A stretch of DNA of 64,000 nucleotides from a bacterium. GTDB lineage: Bacteria; Patescibacteriota; Minisyncoccia; Phycocordibacterales; UBA2100. The translations under genes were made by a program, and so were the position numbers. Below, piece after piece: positions 1 through 9,646 of the stretch. How positions within the stretch are numbered: position 1 is the first letter of the stretch; the number at the start of each line of letters is the position of its first letter. Under the pieces are notes generated by a model that was not told the DNA's origin, searched no databases, and was given only the letters and a program-made list of their open reading frames with translations. The stretch spans positions 26,688-90,687 of the forward strand of contig JAJXVV010000001.1 of NCBI GenBank assembly GCA_021781955.1, in the 5' to 3' direction.

Positions 1-26
1 TCTCTGCGGAGGTAGGCCGTGACTGC

Positions 27-446
27 TCACAGCTGACCCACTTTTTTCTCCGGATAGAGTTTTCGAGTTTCCTCGACCTCTGCGGACGTCTTCGCGTCCG
101 CGGCGGAATAGATTTTCGCCATTGCTTCGATCTTTCCATCGCGGACCGCGTCCGCAGTCGTGCGATCGTCGATAATGTCGTCAATCGCCTCGAGCTGCCG
201 GCGCTCTGCTTTACGAGCGGCGACGAGCTTGGAGTACGCATCGACGCACGGCACTCTTTTTTCCGGGGCCTGCATTGGGCAGACCTTGTCCCGCTCGGCG
301 CGCAGTGTCACGACGCCGTCGATCTTGATCTTGACGAAGTCTGCAACCTTCGGCCCGATCAGCAGCCACTGATACGGTTTTTCCGCGGCAGCGGCTCCGC
401 CTGTGAGCAATGCGACAAGTATCGCCGTTAGCAAAATACGCGTCAT
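27..446 (-). CDS. hypothetical secreted protein (N-terminal signal peptide)
   Basis: 139-aa ORF. Hydrophobic N-terminus MTRILLTAILVALLTGGAAAAE reads as a signal peptide. No recognisable family. Confidence 0.45.
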   Translation of the reverse strand: MTRILLTAILVALLTGGAAAAEKPYQWLLIGPKVADFVKIKIDGVVTLRAERDKVCPMQAPEKRVPCVDAYSKLVAARKAERRQLEAIDDIIDDRTTADAVRDGKIEAMAKIYSAADAKTSAEVEETRKLYPEKKVGQL

Positions 447-585
447 GACACACCTCTGTTTCCGCTATTACCCCGCAAAAGCGCGAGGTGAGCTAGGAAC
501 ATTATACCATGTATACCTAGTAATATGCAAATCCCCCGTGTGACTCATTTGTCCACGTTTATGCAAAAAACTGCCTTACAGGAGC

Positions 586-3078
586 GTGGAAATTGCTATT
601 ATTCCTGTAATGAAAAGGGGATCGAGTCGGGGTTTATCATTGATCGCCATCGTCGGACTTGTAGCGGTAATATCGGCTACTCAATTTTGGTCTCGATACA
701 CGGATATTCTCATTTCGACTCGGGTCACGCAGCTTGCCGCGACCGCAAGCACCGGGACGCTTACACCCCAAAACGCGGTGCTGAGCATCGACATAACCAA
801 TCTCGCTGAGGGGACAGACGCTAGCTGCCCTCAGGCAACCGCAAGCGCCGATTACCGGTCCGGTGAATCACAACAGTATTGTGCTGACTCGATGCCAACG
901 CCTTCAACACAATGCGTCACGAACTACGGGGGTACAACAGCCTCAATCGTACCAAAATCACAAGTAGCCGCTGGGGCAGCCGCCACCTGCAAAACACCAA
1001 TGCGGCAAAATCTTTGTCTCAAAACCTGTACATATCATGTGCAGCAATCGGGAGTGAACTTTACGGTCAATGGAACCTGCAGTAAACAAAATACCTGTCG
1101 AGGTTTAACGTATAAAGACAGCACAGGGACGCACAGTCTACAGAATGTTGCTTCGACCGGTGGATTGGTTGGCCGGCCAACGGCTCCCGGCGGTGCTGGG
1201 CCCCTTCCGCCCGTCCCACCTGCTAGCGGCGCTCCTGGGGATACTACCGGCGGAGCAAGTACGGGAAATACCAACCAGACAAATACCGGTACAGCATCTG
1301 GAAACGGTTCTTCTGTCTCGCCCACGAACCCCGTCCTCACACCACCAGGTGGAACGGCTGGGCTGGGAGCAGGGGGGGCTTCGCCGGCCCCGGGGAACGG
1401 CGCTGTTGCCGGCCGCACGGGCAGTGGGACAGTCGGCGGTGGCGGTACGGACGTTTTGAATTCTGGCACCTACCAGCCGGTCAATAACTTGCAAAACCCG
1501 GTCACAACGACGCCAGTACCGGCTTCGCCGGCTATCAATCCAGGTATCACGACAAAGCCGGTCACAGCCACTCCCACCGCCAGCCCGGTGGTCGCTACGA
1601 CGCCGATCTCCGGAGGGCCCATCGTGAGCGCGTCTCGCCCGGCCGCTTCATCGCCTGGCTCATACAGCGTCCCGAATACCTACGCTAACCCCTCCTCTTC
1701 GTTCTCTCCATCGTATCCATCCGGCTCTCCCAATGCGAACTCATCGATCAACTCATTCGCGGCGCCGGGCATAAATTCCAGCGGTGGAGGCGCCTTCGCA
1801 TCGTTCTTCTCGGGCGTCGTGGCAGGACTCCTCTCGACGCCGGTGCAGACCGTTTCCGACGTGGTCAACACCATCGTCTCGCCGACACCTGCCCCGTCCC
1901 GCATCATCGAGACGCCAGGCTTCAGCCAGCCGCAATCCGCGTCCCCGCAACAGCAGCAGACCCCGAGCATCTTCCTCGTCGAACCAGGACAGCAAGGCGC
2001 GCTGAGAACCATGCAGATCTCGCAGCCGATCGATATCTTCGCCGCTACACCCGCGCAGGGCGGCCCCGCAGGGAACCCGAACGCCGCTATCAATGGCATC
2101 GGTGCCGCCGACCAACAGGGCAACACGCCAAACGTCACCTCCCTCCTCGACCTCTCGTCGCAAGCGCCGCAGATACTTCCGATGTTGCCTCCGTCGGATA
2201 ATCCCGCAACGTACGCCGTCACCCAGGCAACGTCCGGCCTATCGCCTGTCCCAAGCGTCTCGCAAGAGCTCGTGCCTCAAACCGGGTCCGGCACGATGAA
2301 CACGCCGACCGCAAGTCCAATAAATCTGCTCGCCCCGAGCCTGGGTACCCTCGTCTCGGGTCTCGCCAAAGGCTGGACGGGCGGCAACACGCTGTACGAA
2401 GACGCCGCCGCGCTCGCGCAGACGCAGTCCAACCGCAACGAGATCGACGCGCAGATCCAGGCGCTCAACATGCTCGATGCGGCAGGTCTGTGCGGCCAGG
2501 ATTGCACGAATGCGCTCGCGTCGCTGCAGAGCAGTCGTTCGGTGACGCAAGCGCGTGTCGATGCGCTCACCAAGGCGGTCGCCAACGACCAGACCGGCGC
2601 GTCTTCGACCACCGCCCTTCCCTCGCCCGCTACCCAGATGGGGCAGATCGTTTCCGATATCGTGAACACGATGCAAGAGGTCGTGAGCTCGGGCAATAGC
2701 GGGACCGCCGCGCCCGGCGCTTCCAGCAGCGGCAATGCTGCCGCGCAGAGCGGCGCGATCCAGTATCCCGGCGTACCGGTCCTGCCGCTTCCGGGCAAGG
2801 TAGTGGCCATTCTCCCTGCCGAGACCGCATCGTCCTCGTACACGTACGCGTACCAGAACGAGACCTCGGTGCCGGTCGTGCAGGTGGCGAGCGATAATGG
2901 CACAGGCATGGCGGGAACCGGCAGCCAGAACCTCTTGAGCGGCGACGGCATCGGTAAACTCATCCTGAATGCGTGGAACTTCATCACGAACTTCTTCATG
3001 CCGCAGCCGCAAGCGGCTGCCGCGGCTCCGGCACCCTCGTGCTCGCTCCTCCTCTCGCTCTTCGGCGGCTGCCGTTAG
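586..3078 (+). CDS. large secreted/cell-surface protein with N-terminal signal anchor, Cys-rich module and long Pro/Thr/Gly/Ser low-complexity tracts
   Basis: 830-aa ORF downstream of an AT-rich promoter-like region (positions 480-585). N-terminal hydrophobic segment RGLSLIAIVGLVAVISA. About 12 Cys in the first 200 aa, then extended P/T/S/G-rich regions. Function unknown. Confidence 0.55.
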   Translation: MEIAIIPVMKRGSSRGLSLIAIVGLVAVISATQFWSRYTDILISTRVTQLAATASTGTLTPQNAVLSIDITNLAEGTDASCPQATASADYRSGESQQYCADSMPTPSTQCVTNYGGTTASIVPKSQVAAGAAATCKTPMRQNLCLKTCTYHVQQSGVNFTVNGTCSKQNTCRGLTYKDSTGTHSLQNVASTGGLVGRPTAPGGAGPLPPVPPASGAPGDTTGGASTGNTNQTNTGTASGNGSSVSPTNPVLTPPGGTAGLGAGGASPAPGNGAVAGRTGSGTVGGGGTDVLNSGTYQPVNNLQNPVTTTPVPASPAINPGITTKPVTATPTASPVVATTPISGGPIVSASRPAASSPGSYSVPNTYANPSSSFSPSYPSGSPNANSSINSFAAPGINSSGGGAFASFFSGVVAGLLSTPVQTVSDVVNTIVSPTPAPSRIIETPGFSQPQSASPQQQQTPSIFLVEPGQQGALRTMQISQPIDIFAATPAQGGPAGNPNAAINGIGAADQQGNTPNVTSLLDLSSQAPQILPMLPPSDNPATYAVTQATSGLSPVPSVSQELVPQTGSGTMNTPTASPINLLAPSLGTLVSGLAKGWTGGNTLYEDAAALAQTQSNRNEIDAQIQALNMLDAAGLCGQDCTNALASLQSSRSVTQARVDALTKAVANDQTGASSTTALPSPATQMGQIVSDIVNTMQEVVSSGNSGTAAPGASSSGNAAAQSGAIQYPGVPVLPLPGKVVAILPAETASSSYTYAYQNETSVPVVQVASDNGTGMAGTGSQNLLSGDGIGKLILNAWNFITNFFMPQPQAAAAAPAPSCSLLLSLFGGCR

Positions 3079-3157
3079 CCGATCTTTCGCGGCTTTTCAT
3101 TTGCATGAAAAGGCGGCCGTGTACGGCCGCCTTTGTGTCTGGTGTGCGAATGGGCGT

Positions 3158-3715
3158 TCATTTCCGGACGATCGACTGGAACAACGCAGGTGGCGAGATA
3201 CGTCGCAGCCACCATTCGTATTCGTAATCATTGCGCCGTGTGGCCTCGGCGATCATGCAGCGGGCGACGCGCGGAGACTTAACCGCTTTTGCATCGTTCA
3301 CTTCGATCGCTTTCACGACATTCGCGGCGATCATGCAGCCGAGACGATCGGCATCTCGCCGGATCTGCGCGTCATCGGTCTGCAGGAAGTAATCGAGCTG
3401 GGCAAAAACATCGTACGTGGATTCCGGGCCTTGCAATGACCAGTTCATGAACCCCTGATAGCTCGGGGTTAATCCGTTGTCCATGCAACGTACGGAGTTC
3501 ACATTGACTTCTGCGTCTGGCAGGTGAGCGACCGCGCGTATCTCGCTTCCAAACGCCTTTATCCGACCGTCGATCTGATACGCTTCCACCTCATCGGGGC
3601 TCACGAGACGCACCTGCCCGCACTCGACGGCACGCACTACGCTCGGCACTGCCGTGAGCAGCAGCATAGCGAGAAAACATATGATCCAGCGCATCTGTGC
3701 CTCCTCTTTTTGCAC
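3158..3715 (-). CDS. hypothetical secreted protein
   Basis: 185-aa ORF with an N-terminal signal-like segment (WIICFLAMLLLTAVPSVVRA). No recognisable domain. Confidence 0.45.
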   Translation of the reverse strand: MQKEEAQMRWIICFLAMLLLTAVPSVVRAVECGQVRLVSPDEVEAYQIDGRIKAFGSEIRAVAHLPDAEVNVNSVRCMDNGLTPSYQGFMNWSLQGPESTYDVFAQLDYFLQTDDAQIRRDADRLGCMIAANVVKAIEVNDAKAVKSPRVARCMIAEATRRNDYEYEWWLRRISPPALFQSIVRK

Positions 3716-3825
3716 GCTTTCTTTATTGCAAAGTGCAAAAGAACATCATTTACGAATCCTACTATCGTTAAATCCAACCCGCCTGTCAACCGCCATGACC
3801 TCAAAGCTGATCCCCCAGAGGACGG

Positions 3826-3882
3826 TCCTCTGTACAAAACTGTGGATAACACAGAGGACCGTCCTCTGGGGAAAATATCCTC
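3826..3882. repeat. inverted pair of 20/21-bp palindromic mini-elements (CCCAGAGGACSGTCCTCTGGG) separated by 17 bp
   Basis: CCCCAGAGGACGGTCCTCTG ... 17 bp ... CAGAGGACCGTCCTCTGGGG. Each arm is itself palindromic. The same 21-mer recurs inside rarA at 52567-52592. Confidence 0.8.
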
Positions 3883-3892
3883 GCAGAAACAC

Positions 3893-3917
3893 AAAACCCG
3901 CCTTGCGGCGGGTTTTG
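3893..3917 (-). terminator. rho-independent terminator (duplicate of the tuf terminator)
   Basis: Minus-strand CAAAACCCGCCGCAAGGCGGGTTTTG: GC-rich stem followed by a U-tract. Confidence 0.6.
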
Positions 3918-3940
3918 CTGCGATGCTTCGTTGGGAAGGG

Positions 3941-4147
3941 CTACGCGACGATCTTCGTCACGACGCCGGCGCCGACGGTCTTGCCACCCTCGCGGATGGC
4001 GAAACGCATCTGCTCTTCCATGGCGATCGGGCCCTGCAACTTGACCTTGAAGGTCACGGTGTCGCCCGGCATCACCATCTCCACGCCCTCCTTGAGGGTC
4101 ACCTCGCCGGTGACATCGGTGGTGCGGATGTAGAACTGCGGCTTGTA
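3941..4147 (-). pseudogene. tuf': truncated EF-Tu C-terminal fragment (tuf 3' remnant)
   Basis: Encodes the same C-terminal 68 aa as full-length EF-Tu (...[42 protein letters not shown]). Similarity stops abruptly at 4148, so no N-terminal part is present. Confidence 0.85.
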
Positions 4148-4200
4148 AGCACTAATGATTCCATGCTACAAAGAAGTCTGAGTAGGCAAAGGAGGTACGG

Positions 4201-4776
4201 ATGCGTAAGCATGCTCTTTTCCATGGTCGTTTTCAACCACCGTCAATCGCACACTTCGAAACACTTGGAACGATCCTGCAGAAGTGGGAACTGGTCACCA
4301 TCGGTGTTGTGTATGCAATTCCAAAACCAGCATGGCTGGACCCAAAATGGAACTCGTACGTAGAAGAAGTTCTGCAAACATACACCCCTGCTAGAAATCC
4401 GTTTTCCGCTCATGAACGAGTGCGCATGTGGAACGAATGCATCCGCCATTCCAACCTGACGGAACGCGTTCAATGCGTAGCGGCGCCAATTCCTTACTTT
4501 GACGAAAGCTTCAGTGAAGAATTCCCGCCTGAGGAATACGATTTCGTCAAACCAGAAGCTGAGAAACACGAGACCTTGGATTTATTGCGCGAACAAACCA
4601 CAGCGCAGATTCTAAATCGTTCGCTTTTTACGGTCCGACCGCAATGGAAGTTGCACGTGACCGAAATGCGCAATCTTGTGTCGCAAGGAGCACAGTGGCA
4701 CAAGTTCCTTGCGCCCGGAATCGGCGATGTGTTCTCGGAACTCAATGGCAACGAAAGGATGAGGGACCCTATATGA
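4201..4776 (+). CDS. cytidylyltransferase-like nucleotidyltransferase, archaeal NadM/NMNAT-like with divergent HxGH motif
   Basis: N-terminal FHGRFQPPSIAH resembles the GRFQPFHxGH signature of NadM-type NMN adenylyltransferases, though the HxGH is degenerate (SIAH). C-terminal TEMRNLV resembles the ISxTxxR motif. The gene sits in a visibly lower-GC region. Confidence 0.5.
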   Translation: MRKHALFHGRFQPPSIAHFETLGTILQKWELVTIGVVYAIPKPAWLDPKWNSYVEEVLQTYTPARNPFSAHERVRMWNECIRHSNLTERVQCVAAPIPYFDESFSEEFPPEEYDFVKPEAEKHETLDLLREQTTAQILNRSLFTVRPQWKLHVTEMRNLVSQGAQWHKFLAPGIGDVFSELNGNERMRDPI

Positions 4777-5215
4777 GGGTCCTTCTTTTTAGATCGGACA
4801 ATATGTCACGATCGCGCAAATTCTTAGGTAAATGCGAAAGAGAAAAATACCGAACTTCAGACACCTCTTTTTCGTCTGCTTTTAATTCTCCGGAAAGAGG
4901 CTTACATATAAATGGCAGACCAACAATCCACACCTCGTCCCCATTATCGTACGTATCTTTCATCGTATACACGCCAAGTAACTCATGCACCTTAACGATC
5001 AACCCGGTCTCTTCGAATACCTCTCGCTCGGCTGCTTGTTGCGGCGTCTCGTATAATTCGAGATACCCTGCGGGCAATGCCCATTGACCTTTCTTCTCGA
5101 TACGATGTATGAGCAACACTTCCTTCCTTTCGTTAAAAATAATTCCTGCCGCTGCGGTCAGAATCAAGGGCGCAGTGCCCACCTTGCTTCGTATCCACTG
5201 AATGTAATTATCCAT
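4769..5215 (-). CDS. NUDIX hydrolase
   Basis: Nudix box GYLELYETPQQAAEREVFEETGL matches GX5EX7REUXEEXGU. Convergent with, and overlapping, the nucleotidyltransferase gene. Confidence 0.8.
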   Translation of the reverse strand: MDNYIQWIRSKVGTAPLILTAAAGIIFNERKEVLLIHRIEKKGQWALPAGYLELYETPQQAAEREVFEETGLIVKVHELLGVYTMKDTYDNGDEVWIVGLPFICKPLSGELKADEKEVSEVRYFSLSHLPKNLRDRDILSDLKRRTLI

Positions 5216-5371
5216 AATATGCCGCTGTGAGAAGGATTGTCGCTATGTGTGTATTCATTTGAATCCCGCGACATTGTCTGCCTGCGAACAGACGCGGCCG
5301 ACACGCTTTGGTGGTCATGCGCGAATGTGTACACGTAAGGTACACGATGTCAACAAGTAGCATCGTAACAC

Positions 5372-5396
5372 AAAACCCGCCTTGCGGCGGGTTTTG
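5372..5396 (-). terminator. rho-independent terminator of tuf
   Basis: Hairpin CCCGCCGCAAGGCGGG plus U-tract on the minus strand immediately after the tuf stop. Confidence 0.65.
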
Positions 5397-5419
5397 CTGC
5401 GATGCTTCGTTGGGAAGGG

Positions 5420-6619
<1,200 letters not shown>

Positions 6620-6907
6620 ACGTTGCTAGTTGTTAGTAATTCGCCGCGAGTGACTAACAAGCGGCACTGCTAATGTTGTGCTGCCAACGCGTTTGAGTGC
6701 TCCGGTAATTCTTTTGCTGCTTTATGTTCGCTTTCCGCCCCTCGACAAGCTCGGGACAAGCAGTTCGCTACGCTGCACGAGAATAAGCCGGCAAAAGAAT
6801 ACGCACAGAGCGTGCGTGACCGTATAGTAGCAGATGAACACGGCGCGTCAACGCTCTCCCGCTGCGCGTTTTGAGTGGATTTCGTGTGTAACCCTGTGGA
6901 TAGAGCA

Positions 6908-9142
6908 CTAGAGCTCATTGAATGCCGGCACGACGTTGACCACCTGTGACTGTGAGGATGCCGTACCGTTGAGCAGATCTGTGCACGAGAGCGTGAAGGT
7001 CGTTTGTCCTTGGATCGGGTCCGAGAGTGTGTCGGTCGCTGAGAGTTCGGTCCAGACGACGGAGGTGGCGGTGTTGGAAACAGCGCAGGTCTTCATGTAG
7101 GAGGTGCTCCACGACACTTTGACCTGGGTGCCCTTTTTGACCAGGGTCGGCTTCACGGTGAAAGAGCCGACGATCCCTGGCGGGACCGTATTGCATGTGT
7201 CGGTGGAACCGGAGCAGCCGAACAGGCAAAAATTGGTCATGGCGCTGGTGCAGCTGTTATGCAAGTTGCCATCCGACCCGCAGATGTTCGTGGGTACACA
7301 CTGAGCAGATATGCACTGGCCGGCCTGGTTGCAGCCGGCAGCACAGACCTGCGTGAGCGTCCCGGTGCAGGCATTGTAGAGGTTGCCGTCGGCCCCGCAG
7401 GTGTCGCTGAGCGTGCAGGTGTTCGGGTTGCATTGGTTGGTCGTCGTGGAGCAGCCGTATCCGCCGCAGCTCGTTTCAGTGCCGCAAGAGTTGGCGATGT
7501 TGCCGTCGGCCTGGCAGCTCATGATTACATTGCCGCTGCTGTCGGTTTGAGGAATGCAGGTGTTGGAGGAGCTGGCAGAGGAGCAGGTGGCGGTTTGGGG
7601 AGTAGCGTTTGGTGACGAGCTCGATGCGGTCCACGTTATGTTCACCGCACCATCACCACCAGCACCACCTCCCGTTCCGATCGGCGTGTTTTGACCACCA
7701 GCACCCACCACAACAGGGATGGATGCGCCCGCCGTGAGATCACCGGCATTGTAGGCTTTTTCTACATAGCCGCCGGAGCCACCGCCGAGACAGGCGACAA
7801 GCCACCAGATGCCGCCGGAACAGCCGCCTCCGCCGCCCGGCGCCACGCCGTTCCAATTCGGGTTTGCGGTCATGTTCGGACTGTACCCGCCGATACCGCC
7901 ATTGGGTGCGCTACCGCCGACGGCGGTTATGTGGGTCGGGTCAACGCTCCAATCAGGCAAATTGCCAGGAATGTTCACGTCCCCCCCTGAGGCGGAACCG
8001 CCGGAGACGTATTGACCTCCAACACCCCCACCCCCGCCTGCGATGAGCGTGCCGTTGAACGTAGAGTTACCGCCGAAGGTGCCGTACTGATCGCCATATA
8101 GTATGGATCCGATGGCGCTGTGCTGTCCGCCACCCCACGCTTGGACGGTGAGGGTGCCGTATCCTCCTTGTGGGACGGTGAAAGAATATGAGCCGGGAGT
8201 GGTGTAGGTTTGGGAGCCTGCATTGCTGGTATTCGCGATCACACATTGCGTCCTGTTCGCGCTCAAGGTCGAGCCTGTTGGGCAGCTATACACCGTACCC
8301 GTGTAAGTGCCTGATGGCACGACCGCTGAACCGGAATTGCTAACGTCACCGATACTTTGAATGAAGAAATCGTTCGGCTGGCCGGTCGAAGACCATGAAA
8401 GCGTCTGGGTCTGACTGCTCGACGCGGCAGTGGGATTCGTAACGAGCGAACAGGACAATGATCCTGTGCTTGGTGACGAGGTCGACGCGGTCCACGTTAT
8501 GTTCACCGCACCATTACCACCATAGCCAGTCCCATAAGCGTTCGGTGTGCTTGTATCACCAGCACCCACCACAACAGGGATGGATGCGCCCGCCGTGAGA
8601 TCACCGGTATTGTAGGTTTTTTCTACATAGCCGCCGGAGCCACCGCCGAAACAGGCGACAAGCCACCAGATGCCGCCGGAACAGCCGCCTCCGCCGCCCG
8701 GCGCCACGCCGTTCCCATTCGGGTTTGCGGTCATGTTCGGACTGAACCCACCGATACCGCCATTGGGTGCGCTACCGCCTATGGCGGTTATGTTGCCATA
8801 ACCCTCGATGGGCATGTTGCCAGGAGTGTTCACGTCCCCCCCTGAGGCGGAGCCGCCGGAGATGTATTGGCCTGGAACGGTCCCTCCTCCGCCTGCGATG
8901 AGCGTGTTGTTGAACGTAGAGCCCGCGCCGGGGGTGGCGTACTGATCTCCATATAGTATGGTCCCGATGCCACCGTGCTGTCCGGCGCCCCACACTTGGA
9001 CGGTGAGGGTGCCGTAGCTCGGGACGGTGAAAGAATATGAGCCGGGAGTGGTGTAATTTTGGGAACCCGCCAGAGCGGCAAGCGGCATTGCGATCACGAG
9101 CACGGAAATCAGCGAGAGAATGGATCGTTGGTTCATGCGCAT
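6908..9142 (-). CDS. secreted glycine-rich-domain protein (tandem Gly_rich-like modules + Cys-rich EGF-like region + C-terminal beta domain); paralog of 44758-46572
   Basis: 744 aa with signal peptide. Two internal repeats of about 230 aa (SYSFTVP..GTLTVQVWGAGQHGGIG...GGGGGCSGGIWWLVAC.GGGSGGYVEK) resembling the 'glycine rich protein' domain. C-terminal Cys-rich segment and final 100-aa domain align closely with the protein at 44758-46572. Confidence 0.7.
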   Translation of the reverse strand: MRMNQRSILSLISVLVIAMPLAALAGSQNYTTPGSYSFTVPSYGTLTVQVWGAGQHGGIGTILYGDQYATPGAGSTFNNTLIAGGGGTVPGQYISGGSASGGDVNTPGNMPIEGYGNITAIGGSAPNGGIGGFSPNMTANPNGNGVAPGGGGGCSGGIWWLVACFGGGSGGYVEKTYNTGDLTAGASIPVVVGAGDTSTPNAYGTGYGGNGAVNITWTASTSSPSTGSLSCSLVTNPTAASSSQTQTLSWSSTGQPNDFFIQSIGDVSNSGSAVVPSGTYTGTVYSCPTGSTLSANRTQCVIANTSNAGSQTYTTPGSYSFTVPQGGYGTLTVQAWGGGQHSAIGSILYGDQYGTFGGNSTFNGTLIAGGGGGVGGQYVSGGSASGGDVNIPGNLPDWSVDPTHITAVGGSAPNGGIGGYSPNMTANPNWNGVAPGGGGGCSGGIWWLVACLGGGSGGYVEKAYNAGDLTAGASIPVVVGAGGQNTPIGTGGGAGGDGAVNITWTASSSSPNATPQTATCSSASSSNTCIPQTDSSGNVIMSCQADGNIANSCGTETSCGGYGCSTTTNQCNPNTCTLSDTCGADGNLYNACTGTLTQVCAAGCNQAGQCISAQCVPTNICGSDGNLHNSCTSAMTNFCLFGCSGSTDTCNTVPPGIVGSFTVKPTLVKKGTQVKVSWSTSYMKTCAVSNTATSVVWTELSATDTLSDPIQGQTTFTLSCTDLLNGTASSQSQVVNVVPAFNEL

Positions 9143-9143
9143 A

Positions 9144-9584
9144 TCATTTGACTGTTATCGTCGCGCTCTGCTGCGCACCATCGGAGAACGATGTGGTACC
9201 GGCTTGCGCGAACGTATATTGCCAGAAATCGCCCGCCTGGAGCGTGGGGGCTCCAGGGATCGAGAGCAAAAGCGGCCGAGATGAGGCGTTGAAGAAACGA
9301 ATGGTGCTCCCTGTGCTGATGGTCGCGACGGCCGGTACAAAGCCCTGATCGGTGTAGGAAACCAAGAGCGCGAACGGCTTATCTTGGAGCGCTTGCGTGC
9401 TGTGCTCCGGTGTGAAGGGTGTTTGAGGCAATGTTCTCGTTTGCTGCGCGCGGAGCGGTTGCGATACCGGTCGGTTCACCAAAAAAGCACCGACTGCGGC
9501 GACGAGCACGAACAAAACCGCGGCGACTGCGGCGACGAGCACGAGGAACGCAACGTATGTGCGGATGGAGTGGCGCGGGTGCAT
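9144..9584 (-). CDS. small membrane-anchored protein with cupredoxin-like beta-domain (no metal ligands evident); paralog of 46585-47037
   Basis: 146 aa. N-terminal TM helix, then about 100 aa ...LVSYTDQGFVPAVATISTGSTIRFFNASSRPLLLSIPGAPTLQAGDFWQYTF..ATITVK. Gene is immediately upstream of the Gly-rich protein gene. The same arrangement occurs at the second locus. Confidence 0.55.
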   Translation of the reverse strand: MHPRHSIRTYVAFLVLVAAVAAVLFVLVAAVGAFLVNRPVSQPLRAQQTRTLPQTPFTPEHSTQALQDKPFALLVSYTDQGFVPAVATISTGSTIRFFNASSRPLLLSIPGAPTLQAGDFWQYTFAQAGTTSFSDGAQQSATITVK

Positions 9585-9646
9585 GCCGTTCCATTATATG
9601 CCGTGCATGCCGACACAACGGCGGTTATCCACAACAGTCCAAGCTG

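Larger units (their letters stand above)
3888..4147. repeat. 260-bp direct duplicate of the tuf 3' end plus terminator (copy A; copy B is 5367-5626)
   Basis: Identical over about 260 bp to 5367-5626. It comprises 53 bp downstream of the tuf stop, including the terminator hairpin, plus the last 68 codons of tuf. Confidence 0.9.

Noticed and set aside
1035-3012. Multiple overlapping ORFs (1035-1469-, 1138-1494-, 1680-2222-, 1753-2163-, 2239-3012-, 2277-2999-) inside the 830-aa gene.
   Set aside because: All lie within or antisense to the large secreted-protein ORF. They are compositionally biased translations, so I kept only the 586-3078 frame.
3524-4363. 279-aa plus-strand ORF spanning the palindromic elements, the tuf-fragment repeat and the start of the nucleotidyltransferase gene.
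   Set aside because: It runs antisense across the duplicated tuf terminator and coding remnant. Its translation is nonsense-like, and its 3' end merely reads into the real gene's frame region.
6620-6907. Possible tRNA gene upstream of tuf, as in classical tufB operons.
   Set aside because: I scanned both strands for T-loop (GGTTCGA/TTCGAA) and acceptor signatures and found none. The only ORF here (6670-6918, 82 aa) is low-complexity and likely spurious.
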